Source: Eledone cirrhosa (taxonomy: Eukaryota). From it: a stretch of 64,000 bases of DNA. Within the stretch, counting starts at the first letter, position 1, and the number at the start of each line of letters is the position of its first letter. The stretch is from positions 263,314,001 through 263,378,000 of the forward strand of contig OZ024743.1 of the NCBI GenBank assembly GCA_964016885.1, in the 5' to 3' direction. The notes under the pieces were generated by a model. It saw only the letters and a program-made list of their open reading frames with translations, did not search any database and had not been told where the DNA came from. A program made the translations under genes and the position numbers. Positions 1 to 12,210 of this stretch are shown here, piece after piece.

Positions 1-89
1 TATGTATGTTTTCTCTTTCTCTTAATTTCGAGTATATTTTTTTGACCGGCCACCTTCCTGGTGGCAAGGTTGTAAAAGAAAAGAAATTG

Positions 90-3000
90 TCATCCCTTGA
101 ATCGCAAGAATGTTTTGCATATTTTGAAGGTGCCAGCTATCGCAGCCATTTGTAGACTATGAATTAGGGAGCTGCGCTTTTTGTCCGCAAATCCAAGTTC
201 GGTCATACTTTGGTCCAAGCGGGTTGGTATATAACCCGTAGCACCAATAATGATGGGTATGAAGCTAAAGGTGTATCTTGGATACTGGATTTGTAAGCTC
301 CTCATCAATGGTCCGTAGATGTCCTCCTTCTCCTGTATTTTTCTGACAACGTTTACATCAAGTGGGCAGCTGATCTCCACAACAGAACACGTTTTCAATG
401 TGTGGTCCCAAACTACAATATCAGGCCGGTTGTGCTTTAATTTGGTGGCAGTTTTTATTTTCAGGTTCCACCAGTATTCCTTAGTGCCATCTGTCTCAAT
501 ATATTCTTCCTCGTTTGTTGTTAATTTTGTTTTCCGAAGTGCGTTCCAGATAGTTCTAGCTATCCCATCGTGTCTCATGGGGAGGTAGTAGCGAGATGAC
601 ATTCTTTCGCAGCTGGCAACAATGTGGCTTACATCCTCGATCTTTGTTTTACATAGCCTACATTTATTGTCAGCTGCTGGCCCTCCTCTTTTGTGCAGCA
701 GATATTTGGTAGGGAGTTTTTGTTCCTGTATTGCATAGAGATATCCCTCAAGGTGTGATGTCATAAACTTGTCGGAACTCCATGCCAGGCTTTTTGAGTG
801 GTTTATCCCCTCTATGGTCTGTGTTTTACGCCTCAAGTATCCATGCACAACTTTCTCTGTAAATTGGTAAATTTTTTTTTCTTGTTTGAACATTGAATAG
901 GATCTTCCGATTTCTCTGGGTGAGAGATTTATATCAGGCTTTATTCCATATCTCTCCTCCAGATCAGTCGCTATTCTAATGATATTTCTTTTTTCATGCT
1001 CATAAACCTGAGCAAGATGGTCGCCAACCTTTTTCCTCTGTTGAAGGTGTTGCTTCAGTGTTACTATCCGGGTCTCATATGTTGTTAATATTGATTTTAG
1101 ACCCCGGCCACCTTCCTTGCGTGAGAAGTATAGCCTATCCACATCACCATTGATGTTAAAGTTCCCAGTAACACTGAGAAGTTTTCGAGTTCTAACATCC
1201 ATCTCACTTAGTTCTTGCAATGACCAGTTCAGTAGGCCAAATGTTGGCGTTAGAATTGGCACAGCATAGGTATTGTGGGCAATGTATTTGTTGTATGCTG
1301 ACAGTTCTGATGACCATATTTTTTTTACTCTTCTGAGGTATTCAGTTCTGGTTCTCTCCTTATTTATGGGTCCATCATATCTGACATTCTCATCCTGTCT
1401 AAGATATCTGTAGTTGTCACCTGACTGCAGAGGTTGTATTGTCAGGCCGTTCATATCTAGATTTCTAGAGGAGGGCACAGCTCTTCCACGTTTTACTGCC
1501 AAATATGCACACTTGGACTCACCAAATTTCATTTTGATGTCGGTTGAAAATTGTGTAATGAGGTCCAATTGTTTCTTGATGTCATTGATATTTGGCCCAT
1601 ACAACTTCAGGTCATCAACAAAGAAAAGATGGGAGATACTTCTGGGCCCACTTCTTTGTCCACCTTGTTTCCTGAGTAGGTAAGATAGTGGATTCAGTGA
1701 GAGAACGAAGAGTAGTACTGACAAGCTATCACCCTGAAAGATGCCCTTCTGGTAATGTATTCTATCAGTCTTAACCTGCTCCTTCTCACCTCTAAGGATC
1801 AAATTGGTGTACCAGTTCTTGGTCAGGCGTTCAACAGCAGCTACTAATGGTTGTGGGACTTTAGCTAACTGTAAAGCCTTAATAATCCACCCATGAGGTA
1901 CACTATCAAATGCTTTTTGATAGTCCAGCCACACGACAGTCATGTTTCTGCGATTCTTTGTTGTTTTTTCCTGAACCATTTTGTTAGTTAGTAGGTGATC
2001 TATGCAACCCCACACCTCCCTCTTTCCACCAGCTTGCTCAGGTGTTATGATGTTGTTGGTAGCACAGTGATCCTGTAAGAACAGGTTAAGGCACCCAGTA
2101 TATAATTTATACATGATGTTTTGGCAGGCAATTGGGCGGTAATTTTTAGCAAGGGTGGTTTGGCTATTTTTGGGAATGAGGAGAGTAGTGGCAGTTGATA
2201 ACCATCTGGGCAGTTCTTGTGTGCCCTTAATGGTTTCTGTAAACAGCCGTATGAGATCTTGCCGATAGAAAGTGAAATTCTTCAACCAGTATCCTGTAAT
2301 GAGGTCTGGGCCTGGCGATTTCCTATTCGACATTTTCTGTAGAGCTGTTTCCAGTATTGACCCATCTATGTCATATTGTTTTGTCTGGACATGTTGGCAG
2401 TAGTCCTGTTCCAGTTGTTTTAGCCAATTAGCTTGTCTGTTGAATCCGTCATCCGTTTCCCATACAGATCTCCAGTAGTTCTCAACCTGTTCTTTTGAAG
2501 GGGTGTCGTTTACAGGGATTGAGCTTTTGCCACCGAAGCTGCGATAAACTGATTTAGGATCTCTGGCAAACAATCTATTTAGCACTTGTCGTTTATGGGC
2601 TGTTGACTTATATTTTAGTCTTTCTGTTGTAGCTGTGAGTTGTTGTTTCAACTGGTGTAATTTGGAGTTCAAAGTTTTAAATTTGGTATCTCCAAATTGT
2701 CTCTCTAACTTTTTCTTTAGGTCTTCCTGGTGTCGTGTGAAGTTTCTCTCTATGTTGCATTTCATAACGACTGCGATGTGTGAGATACTTCGTCTCAGGG
2801 ACAAAATTTTGGTTTTTAAATTTCGCATCCACGCTGGTTCAGGCTTTCTGTTTGTATCTTGATTGCGTGGTTTTAGATGTGTGTTATATGATAGCAATGT
2901 GACAGCTGAAACATATAACAAAACATTGAGCGTTTCAAATGTCGTTTCTACACCTTTAGATCGTATAGCCTTCAGATAATTGCCAGCTATTTCGTTCACC

Positions 3001-3599
3001 GCTTCCAATTCCAATTTATTGGGTTCTTTACTGACTCTAGTGTTGTATGGTCTGTCACTCACATTAAGGCTGTGTATCTCTTGAAACATATCGTTCCATA
3101 TCACTTGTAGGGTGCCCACAAGTTTTTGGTGCTCTGTTTGTTCAGTAGAGTCATGAATTGCAGCCTCGTTGTTGATGTGGTGACAATTACTACTAGAGTC
3201 AGCTGACCTTTCTCGCTGTTCTTCAGTGGAAGTGGGATGGATTTCAGCAAAATTGTTGGTGAGCTGTTCACTGTTAGATTTAGCTGGCCATTCTCTTTGT
3301 CTGTCAGTGGAGGTGGGGTGGTTGTCTACAAGGGCTGTATTTGTAGTATCACTCGATTCCGTTAGATGTATCAATTTACATCTAATGATACGTTTTGCCT
3401 GTTCATTTAGATGCTTTGGAGAAAAGTCTAATTCTGGGTGTTTGGAGTTCCATAAAGTTTTTAGCCTTTGCATAAAACCGAACTTTTGAGGTTCAGATTG
3501 TTTGTATGCTTCATATAATTCTTTGTTAAGCTCGTAGCTCCACTGTATACAACGGTTGTAATTGCGATTTGGTCGAAGGAGACTTGTACTTTTTGCCAT
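90..3599 (-). CDS. R4/Dong-clade non-LTR retrotransposon ORF (RT + CCHC zinc finger + restriction-like endonuclease)
   Basis: 1169-aa open ORF; RT motifs NYRPIAC, WLDYQKAFDSVPH, KGIFQGDSLS, FFVDDLK; C-terminal CRLC..H...C, RHD, RPDIVV..EISCP (PD-D/ExK); no APE domain. Confidence 0.93.
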   Translation of the reverse strand: MAKSTSLLRPNRNYNRCIQWSYELNKELYEAYKQSEPQKFGFMQRLKTLWNSKHPELDFSPKHLNEQAKRIIRCKLIHLTESSDTTNTALVDNHPTSTDRQREWPAKSNSEQLTNNFAEIHPTSTEEQRERSADSSSNCHHINNEAAIHDSTEQTEHQKLVGTLQVIWNDMFQEIHSLNVSDRPYNTRVSKEPNKLELEAVNEIAGNYLKAIRSKGVETTFETLNVLLYVSAVTLLSYNTHLKPRNQDTNRKPEPAWMRNLKTKILSLRRSISHIAVVMKCNIERNFTRHQEDLKKKLERQFGDTKFKTLNSKLHQLKQQLTATTERLKYKSTAHKRQVLNRLFARDPKSVYRSFGGKSSIPVNDTPSKEQVENYWRSVWETDDGFNRQANWLKQLEQDYCQHVQTKQYDIDGSILETALQKMSNRKSPGPDLITGYWLKNFTFYRQDLIRLFTETIKGTQELPRWLSTATTLLIPKNSQTTLAKNYRPIACQNIMYKLYTGCLNLFLQDHCATNNIITPEQAGGKREVWGCIDHLLTNKMVQEKTTKNRRNMTVVWLDYQKAFDSVPHGWIIKALQLAKVPQPLVAAVERLTKNWYTNLILRGEKEQVKTDRIHYQKGIFQGDSLSVLLFVLSLNPLSYLLRKQGGQRSGPRSISHLFFVDDLKLYGPNINDIKKQLDLITQFSTDIKMKFGESKCAYLAVKRGRAVPSSRNLDMNGLTIQPLQSGDNYRYLRQDENVRYDGPINKERTRTEYLRRVKKIWSSELSAYNKYIAHNTYAVPILTPTFGLLNWSLQELSEMDVRTRKLLSVTGNFNINGDVDRLYFSRKEGGRGLKSILTTYETRIVTLKQHLQQRKKVGDHLAQVYEHEKRNIIRIATDLEERYGIKPDINLSPREIGRSYSMFKQEKKIYQFTEKVVHGYLRRKTQTIEGINHSKSLAWSSDKFMTSHLEGYLYAIQEQKLPTKYLLHKRGGPAADNKCRLCKTKIEDVSHIVASCERMSSRYYLPMRHDGIARTIWNALRKTKLTTNEEEYIETDGTKEYWWNLKIKTATKLKHNRPDIVVWDHTLKTCSVVEISCPLDVNVVRKIQEKEDIYGPLMRSLQIQYPRYTFSFIPIIIGATGYIPTRLDQSMTELGFADKKRSSLIHSLQMAAIAGTFKICKTFLRFKG

Positions 3600-3784
3600 G
3601 ATGAGTTCGTCTATTCACTAATATTTTGTATTTATTTTTTTTAAATAGTCGATGATCTTCTTTAAAAGTTACGACAAAGTTCTGTCAGAATCAAATTTAA
3701 AGTTATTCACAGCTTGGGTAATATTTCTTTTCAGTTAGTTTTTAATTCTACAACTGTGTTTTAAACGTTGTTCTTGAATCGTTT

Positions 3785-4103
3785 GAATCGAGAACAAAAA
3801 GAACCGTTACTTAGTATATTCCTTTACGAATGTAATATAATATAACAACGCTGTATTTATATGTTAAAGTTTATGTATCATTCATATAAATAGGTGTTCT
3901 ACAACATATTCACAACATTCACAGTTCAAACACTTATATTTTTGTTTCTGAATCGAAAACGTTACTTTTATATTTCTTTATAAATGCAATATAACAACGT
4001 TGCATTTATATGTTAAAGTATATGTATCGTTCATATATCATAAGTGTATGTATCGTTCATATAAATAGGTGTTTTACAACACACTTACAGTTCAAACACT
4101 TAT
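3785..4103. repeat. ~155-bp imperfect tandem duplication in the Dong 5' UTR
   Basis: gaatcga...cgttactt...ataacaacg...aataggtgtt...cagttcaaacacttat occurs at 3785-3936 and 3950-4103. Confidence 0.8.
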
Positions 4104-4229
4104 GTAGAATTATTGTATGTAATCTTACCGCGTAATGTAGCTCAACTTTTTCCAATATATGGTATGTTGCCTTCATGTAAGCCGTAATTACACACGTCCG
4201 ATTATCGGACACTGACCACAACGGTCGCC

Positions 4230-4260
<31 letters not shown>

Positions 4261-4461
4261 TGTATGTATGTATGTATGTGTCCCTCTCTCTTTGAGAATA
4301 CGTTACATTAATTCGCGGGAAGGATTGCGGAAGACCAAGTAATGGCGAGGGATTGAACGAGAAGTTAGCAGCCTCATCTGGAAATATATATATATAAAGA
4401 GAATAACCTAAGATGTTACTAGAATTATCTAAGGCTGAATGATATGCAATAAAAGGAAAAT

Positions 4462-5530
4462 GATTATTTCTACATTTGGCACAAAGCCTGCAATTTGTTG
4501 CAGGGGGAAATTCGATTATATCGACTCCGGGGCGTTACTAGTACTTTATTTTACCGACCCCGTAAGGAGGAAAGGCAAAACTAATCTCGGTGGGATTTGA
4601 ACTCAGAATGTAAAGGGCCGTGACTAATTACTGCCAATCCACCGCCTTAAGGAAGGAAAACATTTTTTTTTTGGGGGGGGGGGGGGATAAGTCAATTAAA
4701 TCGACCCCAGTGTATTATAGGTGCTTTATTTATCGACCCCGTAAGGATGAAAGGCAAAGTTATCCTCGGCAGGATTTGAACTCACAAGGAAGGAAAAATA
4801 ATTGTTTCTACTTTTGACACAAGGCCAGCAATTATCCCAGTATACTGGTGCTTTATTTCATCGACCCCGTAAGTTAACCTCGGCCGGATTTGAACTCAGA
4901 CATGAAGGGGCGTAACTCTTTGCTATAAAGCATGGCGTCCGACCCTCTACCGATACTGCCAATCCACCGCCAAGGAAGGAAAAATAATGGTTTCTGATTT
5001 AGACACAAGGCCAAGAATTTGGGGGAAAGGGGAAAGTCGATTAAATCGACCAAAGTGTGTTACTGGTACTTTATTTTATCGAAGACGTAAAATTGAAATG
5101 CAAAGTTAACCTCGGCGGGATTTGAATTCACAAGTAAGGAAAAATAATTGTTTCAACTTTTGGCACGAGATCAGCAATTATCACAGTGTATTACTGGTGC
5201 TTTATTTTATCGACCCCGTAAGGATGAAAGGCAAAGTTAACTTCGGCAGGAGTTAACTCAGGCCGTAAAGAGCCGTAACTCTATGCTGAACATTATGGTG
5301 TCCGACCCTCTAGCGGTACTTGCCAATCCACAAGTAAGGAAAAATAATTGTTTCTACGTTAGGCACAAGGCCAGCAAATACTCAGTGCATTACTGGTACT
5401 TTATTTTATCGACCCCGTAAGGATGAAAGGCAAAGTCAACCTCAGCGGGATTTGAACTCAGATCGTAAAGCGACGTAACTATGCTGGAAAGCATGGCGTC
5501 CGACCCTCTACCGATACTGCCAATCCACCG
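4462..5530 (-). mobile_element. Head-to-tail cluster of ~6 tRNA-derived SINE copies (major SINE family of the window)
   Basis: Repeated unit; the minus strand reads ggcggtggattggcagtatcggtag (A box)...gagttcaaatcc (B box)...gcctttcatccttacggggtcgataaa...gtagaaacaattatt. Confidence 0.88.
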
Positions 5531-5736
5531 ATTAACTGTAGTTACTCAGATGACAGTATTATTGGTAGCGTTATTGTCAATAACAGTAATATAGTATCAT
5601 ACATACACAGTCGATCGACAAAACCCCAGATTTCGTTCGGTTATCGAGTGGGTGGAGCTCGTCAAATCGGACCGAAGGAACAATGTTTCCATTGGTCTTT
5701 TCAATTGCTAATATTATCTACCAATCACAAATCCAG

Positions 5737-5845
5737 GCAGAGTGGTTTGAGAATTGGATTCGCAATCGCGAGGTTGTGAGTTCAATTCCCGGACCGGGCG
5801 ATGTGTTATGTCCTTGAGCAAGACACTTTATTTCACGTTGCTCCT
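5737..5845 (+). mobile_element. Second tRNA-derived SINE family, 5' part
   Basis: ggcagagtgg A box, gagttcaattcc B box, then tgtccttgagcaagacactttatttcacgttgctcc; related copies near 39595-39860 (+) and 41610-41840 (-). Confidence 0.7.
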
Positions 5846-6022
5846 TCTGTCTGGATTGTAATATAGTACTGATCGAAGATTTCTAAAGAAAAGTACCGGA
5901 AGAAAAATTAACGTAACGTAGATTCAGTTAAAACTATGATTTTTTTGTCATATCATATATAAGTGTATTAACGTAATCTTTGAAGAATGTGTCTGTCTAA
6001 CTGGCTGTCTCTCTGTACTTAT

Positions 6023-6258
<236 letters not shown>

Positions 6259-6599
6259 ATAAACAACATAAGATAATTAATTCATTTACCAGTGGTTTCT
6301 TGAAGACAGATATTTATATCTGTCTTCAGTCGTTTAGAAAGAATAACATATATATATATATAAATTTAAGAAAATTAACAAAGACACGACAAGACACCGA
6401 ATGGAGGAAACAAAACGAAAAATAATTTTTTAAAGGGAAGCCTTTAAAAAATATATATTACACAATTATTAATATATATATATATATTACACAATCCATC
6501 AAATAATTTTATATATGATCATACAATATCGAGAGTTACTTCCCTTAGATCATAAAGTAACGTGGGTCCACTAAAAAGTTCATAGGCTGACCAAGATAT

Positions 6600-7409
6600 A
6601 GTCATTCAGCTGAATGCGTCAACACGCTGCTTGATTGTCTTCATGCTCCCCGTTGTTACCAGCATGACCCCCACTGACCTATATTTCCCCCTCCAGTAAA
6701 CATGCCCATCTCTTCTTTCTATGTAAGTCTGGATGAAATGTTAGTGGTAAGTGTGGTTTTCAATAAGAGGTACGCTCCTGCACTATCTTCCGACTACGGA
6801 GCTAAAGGAGGAAAGCTATTGTGGTGACTCACTGCTCTTGAGACTGGGCTGAACGAATGGCTCTCGCATGAGTCCACAGTTGCTGAAGGTGAGACTGGCG
6901 CTGCTCTTGAGACTGGGTTGATGGAATGGCTGTCGCATGAGTCCGCATCTGCTGAAGACGAGACAGGCGCTCCTCTTGAGACTGGCCTGCTCGACTGGCT
7001 CTTGCATGAGTCCTCATCTGCTGAAGGCGAAGTTCATGATCATCTTCAGACTCTGCTGCTCTAGTAACATTTTTTCTTCTGGAAAATCGCATCTTGGGTG
7101 GCATATCGGCAGTAACAATGATTGTTCGAACAGGGTCATGTTTGCTCTTTATATAGGTGTTATTCAGGAAAGGGTGACGCATAGAAATCGAATAACCAAT
7201 CAAGTTATGAGGGGTCAATCATGCTTGATAGTGATTGGCTTCAGTTAAAATGTGATTGCACGCGCGTGAGTCAAAAGGTCAAAGGGGGAATTGTGTTGTT
7301 TAGTGAGATTGGTGGTGCTAATATGTATGCTACCTACATGGAAAGATGAGAACGGTCAACTCCATCGATTTCATTCAATAAACCCACCATTGGCGTGTTC
7401 TACGACATC

Positions 7410-7410
<1 letters not shown>
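6600..7410 (-). pseudogene. 5' remnant of an autonomous Helitron-like gene with 23-aa STPR-type repeats
   Basis: From ATG 7104: MPPKMRFSRRK..ESEDDHELRLQQMRTHARASRAGQSQEERLSRLQQMRTH.., 69-bp tandem units at about 6820-7070; such repeats are typical of animal Helitron RepHel N-termini. Confidence 0.6.
7140..7245 (-). promoter_or_regulatory. Putative Pol II promoter (CCAAT boxes + TATA) upstream of the STPR-repeat ORF
   Basis: Minus strand: gccaatca (7233-7240), tgattgg (7196-7202), tatataaag (7147-7155), ATG ~45 nt downstream. Confidence 0.5.
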
Positions 7411-7454
<44 letters not shown>

Positions 7455-7648
7455 GACGTACCTAGCTTCGCTTGGATAAACAGACGATAAGCCGCCTGCG
7501 CTTTCGTACAGTCGAACTAAATATAAACATATAACTGCGTAGTTAACGAAATAAACATAATGTTTGTTTATATTTTGTTTTTGTACTTCTTTTTTCTGAT
7601 GTATTGTGTGTTTGTGTATGCAAAAATATCTGTACACGAATATATAAT

Positions 7649-7704
<56 letters not shown>

Positions 7705-7954
7705 TTACTATTATATATAACATTATTACTATTATATATATAATTAATTAAAAGTCGGTTAGAAGCGAAGTCAATGCTGACAGGCAGACATACAGACAAA
7801 TGTTATAAGCGTGCGACGTTATAGCTATGTATCTATCTAAGAAGACAGAAAAGAAAGATAGAGAAATGTCGTATTATATATATTAAATATAATAAAGTAC
7901 CAGTAATGTACTCCTCATTTTTCATACGGCCGTCAGCTTTATTTATATATATAT

Positions 7955-8043
<89 letters not shown>

Positions 8044-8269
8044 GCTAGTATTCTCCATCGAGAGCTAAGCTGCATTCCGAATCTGCATTCGTTAGCTTGG
8101 CTGCAGCCAAAAGCTTCGTTAATGCTGTACTAAAATTTGTATTTTTAACTCCTAGAATTAACGATTGACTGATTAATTTAATTAGACAATTCTATTGATT
8201 GATTAATTGTTTATGTTTGTGCAACTGGTGCGTGTGTTTCTTATTGGCAACATGGCCCTCCCAAAGTAT

Positions 8270-8323
<54 letters not shown>

Positions 8324-8406
8324 TCATATATATATATATATAATTATATATATGTCACACACACATGCATATGTATACACACACACACACACATACACAC
8401 ACACAC

Positions 8407-8446
<40 letters not shown>

Positions 8447-8844
8447 GTGCAGACCCGGCTGTCCATTACTCAATGTAATAGAAAATTTGTACAGAAAAAT
8501 ATATAAATTTATGATTCAGACTGGACACTATATGTTATAGATGATACATACATACATATATACAAACATATACACATATAACCATGTCCATTACGAGCTG
8601 AGCATCCGTTAAGGTGAAACAATTGTTCTCGGTATGGTGAACTAACTGTTGTGTAACCACTTTTACCTAACTCGTCCCATGGACTGAGTGCTCTACCACT
8701 ACGGATATTACCTTCCAGTGTTCTACCTCTCTCTCTCTCTATATATATATATATTTCCACGAACCAAAGTATCGTCTTCGTGTCTTCCTCCGGTTGCAAC
8801 GTTTTTTTAAATATTCACTTCTGCGTTCACAAATTGACTTTGTT

Positions 8845-8895
8845 AGTTTCAGAAGATCCCGTTAAGAGTGAAAGCAGCGATTCTTTGCTTAAACT
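8845..8895 (+). ncRNA. Type I hammerhead-like motif, CAGAAGA core variant
   Basis: agttt CAGAAGA tccc-gttaa-gagt GAAA gca..tgc TT aaact; stems I and III pair; same family as 29772-29823; followed by (TA)n. Confidence 0.62.
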
Positions 8896-8911
8896 TTAAT
8901 CTGCTATTTTA

Positions 8912-8959
<48 letters not shown>

Positions 8960-8978
8960 CTCTCTATATATATATAAT

Positions 8979-9017
8979 TGCGAGGTGAACTTATTAAACA
9001 CTCGACTAGGCTATTTC

Positions 9018-9067
<50 letters not shown>

Positions 9068-9104
9068 GAAATAGCCTAGTCGAATGTTTAATAAGTTCAC
9101 CGCG
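8979..9104. repeat. ~42-bp inverted repeat enclosing (TA)n
   Basis: gcgaggtgaacttattaaacactcgactaggctatttccca ... tgggaaatagcctagtcgaatgtttaataagttcaccgc. Confidence 0.85.
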
Positions 9105-9507
9105 AAATCATTAAGTGCGCATTCGATCTTATTACGTAGTGTTATGGGCAAGTGTTAAAGTATTCTTTGCCGCCGCCTCACGTTGACTCATGGCTTGTGA
9201 GTGAAATTGTGCAGATGGAAAATGCTTATACTCTTTGTCTGGTGGACTGTCTGTAACTGTAATTCAAGGTGCCAGCCTTGCCATATACAGTGTCATCTTT
9301 AATGCCACCCAGAATTATTTTAGGTTACACCTTTCTGTGGAATGCGCAGTGACTTACACTTACCACCGAAACCGACGAATTTTGGTTCTAATTCCATACA
9401 ATGTATATGTGTATGTGTGTGTCTACACACACACTCACACACGCGCGCACTCGTACACACATACCTACACACATACACACATACGCGCGCGCACGCACAC
9501 ACACACA

Positions 9508-9542
<35 letters not shown>

Positions 9543-9951
9543 GGAATTTTGGATGTTGAACGTTTTATTTATATATCATCGTTACGGTGAAACATGAAAG
9601 AAAATATGACCTAGTTAGAAGATGAAGATCAGCTCATTTTGCAAGGCTTCTGGGGCTTTGAACTCACAATTCAAAGTGTTGGAATAAATACCTCAAAGCA
9701 TTTTTAAGGGTCAGTTGTTGATATAAGACTGGGTAACGAATTAAGCATTTACGGCAAGAATTGGTATAATGACCCCGGTTTCTTCCGCAAAGTTTCTCTC
9801 GGCGAATTTCATTCATATATGTTTGGTCGATTCGAGAGTATTAGAAGAAACTATTTATTATTAGGGAATAAAATAATCAGAGAATAAAAGACAAAAATAA
9901 ATAAATAAACAAATAAATAAAGCTATATTTCAATGTTGTTCTACTTTTATA

Positions 9952-10117
9952 CAATGCCGGATTTAGGACAAATGAGGCCCTGTGCTAGTTAATTTATGAG
10001 GCCCCAAACATGAAAAATTCACCATAAAAATATATTTTAGCAGGAAGATGTCCCCCTCCCTGCACGAAGGGGTTCTGTGCTTAAGCACACCTAAGCACAA
10101 TGGTAAACCCGGCACTG
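9952..10117. mobile_element. hAT-type MITE
   Basis: TIRs caatgccggattta / taaacccggcactg; 8-bp TSD cttttata / cttttatg. Confidence 0.75.
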
Positions 10118-11057
10118 CTTTTATGTGTCTATTTATCTCATAGAAAGATGAAATATGTAGACAAATTTATAAAAACAGGCATACCTCTGTTTATGACAAA
10201 AAAGGTTTCAATGGAGACATTGTGCTTATTTTCTTCTGTGAGATATAAAAGTTATTCCACTGTCTGAACTATACATATTATTCCAATAATTTCTATTAAT
10301 TTTTGTCGACAGAAAACATCCCCTTTTTACTCGGATTTCACGATTTTACAAGAAGGATAAATGGTTAAATGTTATAGATGTAAGGGAGATAATTACCATT
10401 AACGGAAAAACTTCAAACCGGTTGTTGTTAGATATTTGTGACCTCGGTCACCGGACTGCCGCTTTCCTTCGCCATATGAGGTCAGAGCACCAGAGACGAT
10501 AGTGCTTGAGTAAAGTATCTTACCAGATCTAAGGCATATTACTGGCTATTCTTCCTTGCAACGTTTTCGCCATCTTAAGCTCGGGGTGTATCTGAAATAT
10601 GCTGTCCAGCGAGGGAAGTTGAAATTGTGCTTTTTTATTCTTTTTATTCTTTTTTATACATTTAAAATAAAAATTATTTTTGCAGTGTTTATTTTAAAAC
10701 CATACAAATATTCATACACAGAAAACAATAAGCCTAAACTTATATTATGCAAGGGAGATAATTTTCCGAAAATATTTTTCGTGCAAGGGGGATAATCATC
10801 AAAATATTTTATTTGACAGAGATAAATAGATGTGATTGTGCTTGTTTACCAGCAGGTCGACTCTGATCCAGCAGACACATTATAGAAGGAATTCAACCTT
10901 AACTATCTCGTGACTTATACACCTTTAGGACTATATTATTGAAATATATTCTTCCCTTTTTCAAAAACGTTCGGGTGTAATATGAGGAATATTTGATTAT
11001 CTGTAGCAGGTTGAGCAATCGGGACGAGGCTTCTTTCATTGGCAGATCAGTTAATAT

Positions 11058-11265
11058 TGATTTCTGACTTAGGCACAAACTACACAATTTTGTGGGCGGG
11101 GTAAATCTACCCCAGTGCGCTACATGTACTTTATTTTATCGACCCCGTAATGACGAATGGTAAAACTAACCACAGCGGGATTCGAACTCGGTAGGTAAAG
11201 GGCTGTAACTGTATGATGCAAAGCATGTGGTCCGACGCCATTATGACTCTGTCAATTCGCGGCCT
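11058..11265 (-). mobile_element. tRNA-derived SINE (major family), diverged
   Basis: tactttattttatcgaccccgtaa...gcgggattcgaactc. Confidence 0.75.
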
Positions 11266-11955
11266 TCCAGATCAGTTAATATTAGATAAACTTCAATACC
11301 AAATGAGAATTTTAGCATCAGTATTAACTGAATAAGTTTGTTGTTGTTAGTTGACTAATTAGCTTTGATTAACCATTAAAGATGCTCTACCGTTGAACTT
11401 CTCGACGATTTTAGGTTAATGCTTATAAAGGTAGGAGAAACATATTCTCATGTGTAGATTATCTGAGAGACAGTGTATCTCTGAAGAGGAAGTAGTTTAG
11501 CACAACTTCTCTGAGGTGAGCAGAACACGAATGGTTCAGTGGTTAGTGACATGGACAACCAACTGAGCAGCAACATTACGTTGTGTCCCCTGACCACGAC
11601 ACTTCAATGTTAAATAACCCAGTTCATCTAGATAGATACGTTTTGATAGAACGGACTGGTCACTGTAGTCAAACACAGTGCTGTAAATCTGAGGCTGTTT
11701 TAACTTGCAATTCAGAGATGAATTTCTTCTGTACGCATAATTAAGTGGAGATGAATTCTGCAAAGCTGATTATCTATTGATATACAACACGAAGATAAAG
11801 AGTTCGAATCGGTGACCCACAGGGTCAAACGCTAATAAGACACGCCAACACCTTCTTGAGGACATACATTAAAGTAGGGAAAGATGGGAAGGAAAGTTAA
11901 GGAAAAAGCGGTTCATTGGCAGAATCAATAGATTATATACGCTCATGCGTGTGTG

Positions 11956-11986
<31 letters not shown>

Positions 11987-12210
11987 CTCTATCAGTCGTG
12001 TGTCACTTCGCGGAGAAGTTTCCGTTAATTTATGTAAGGAAAAAACGTGAGTTTTTAGTTCAATTTTATATCATTGTGTAACTTGACCACCCGTCTGGAC
12101 CTTCAGGTGGTGGGTCAACTCATTTTCGCCCCTTCAGGGGCGGAATATCCATTAAAAAAATTTTTCTCCATCGAATCTTGGAAAAAATATTGTAAAATTT
12201 TGATTACGTT

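Larger units (their letters stand above)
9..4230 (-). mobile_element. Apparently full-length R4/Dong element (family A) inserted in (CATA)n
   Basis: ORF plus ~80-bp 3' UTR and ~630-bp 5' UTR; tatgtatg at 1-8 and (TATG)n at 4231-4278 flank it. Confidence 0.85.

Noticed and set aside
11483-11520. Hammerhead at ctgaagag gaagt..acttc
   Set aside because: No GAAA after stem II
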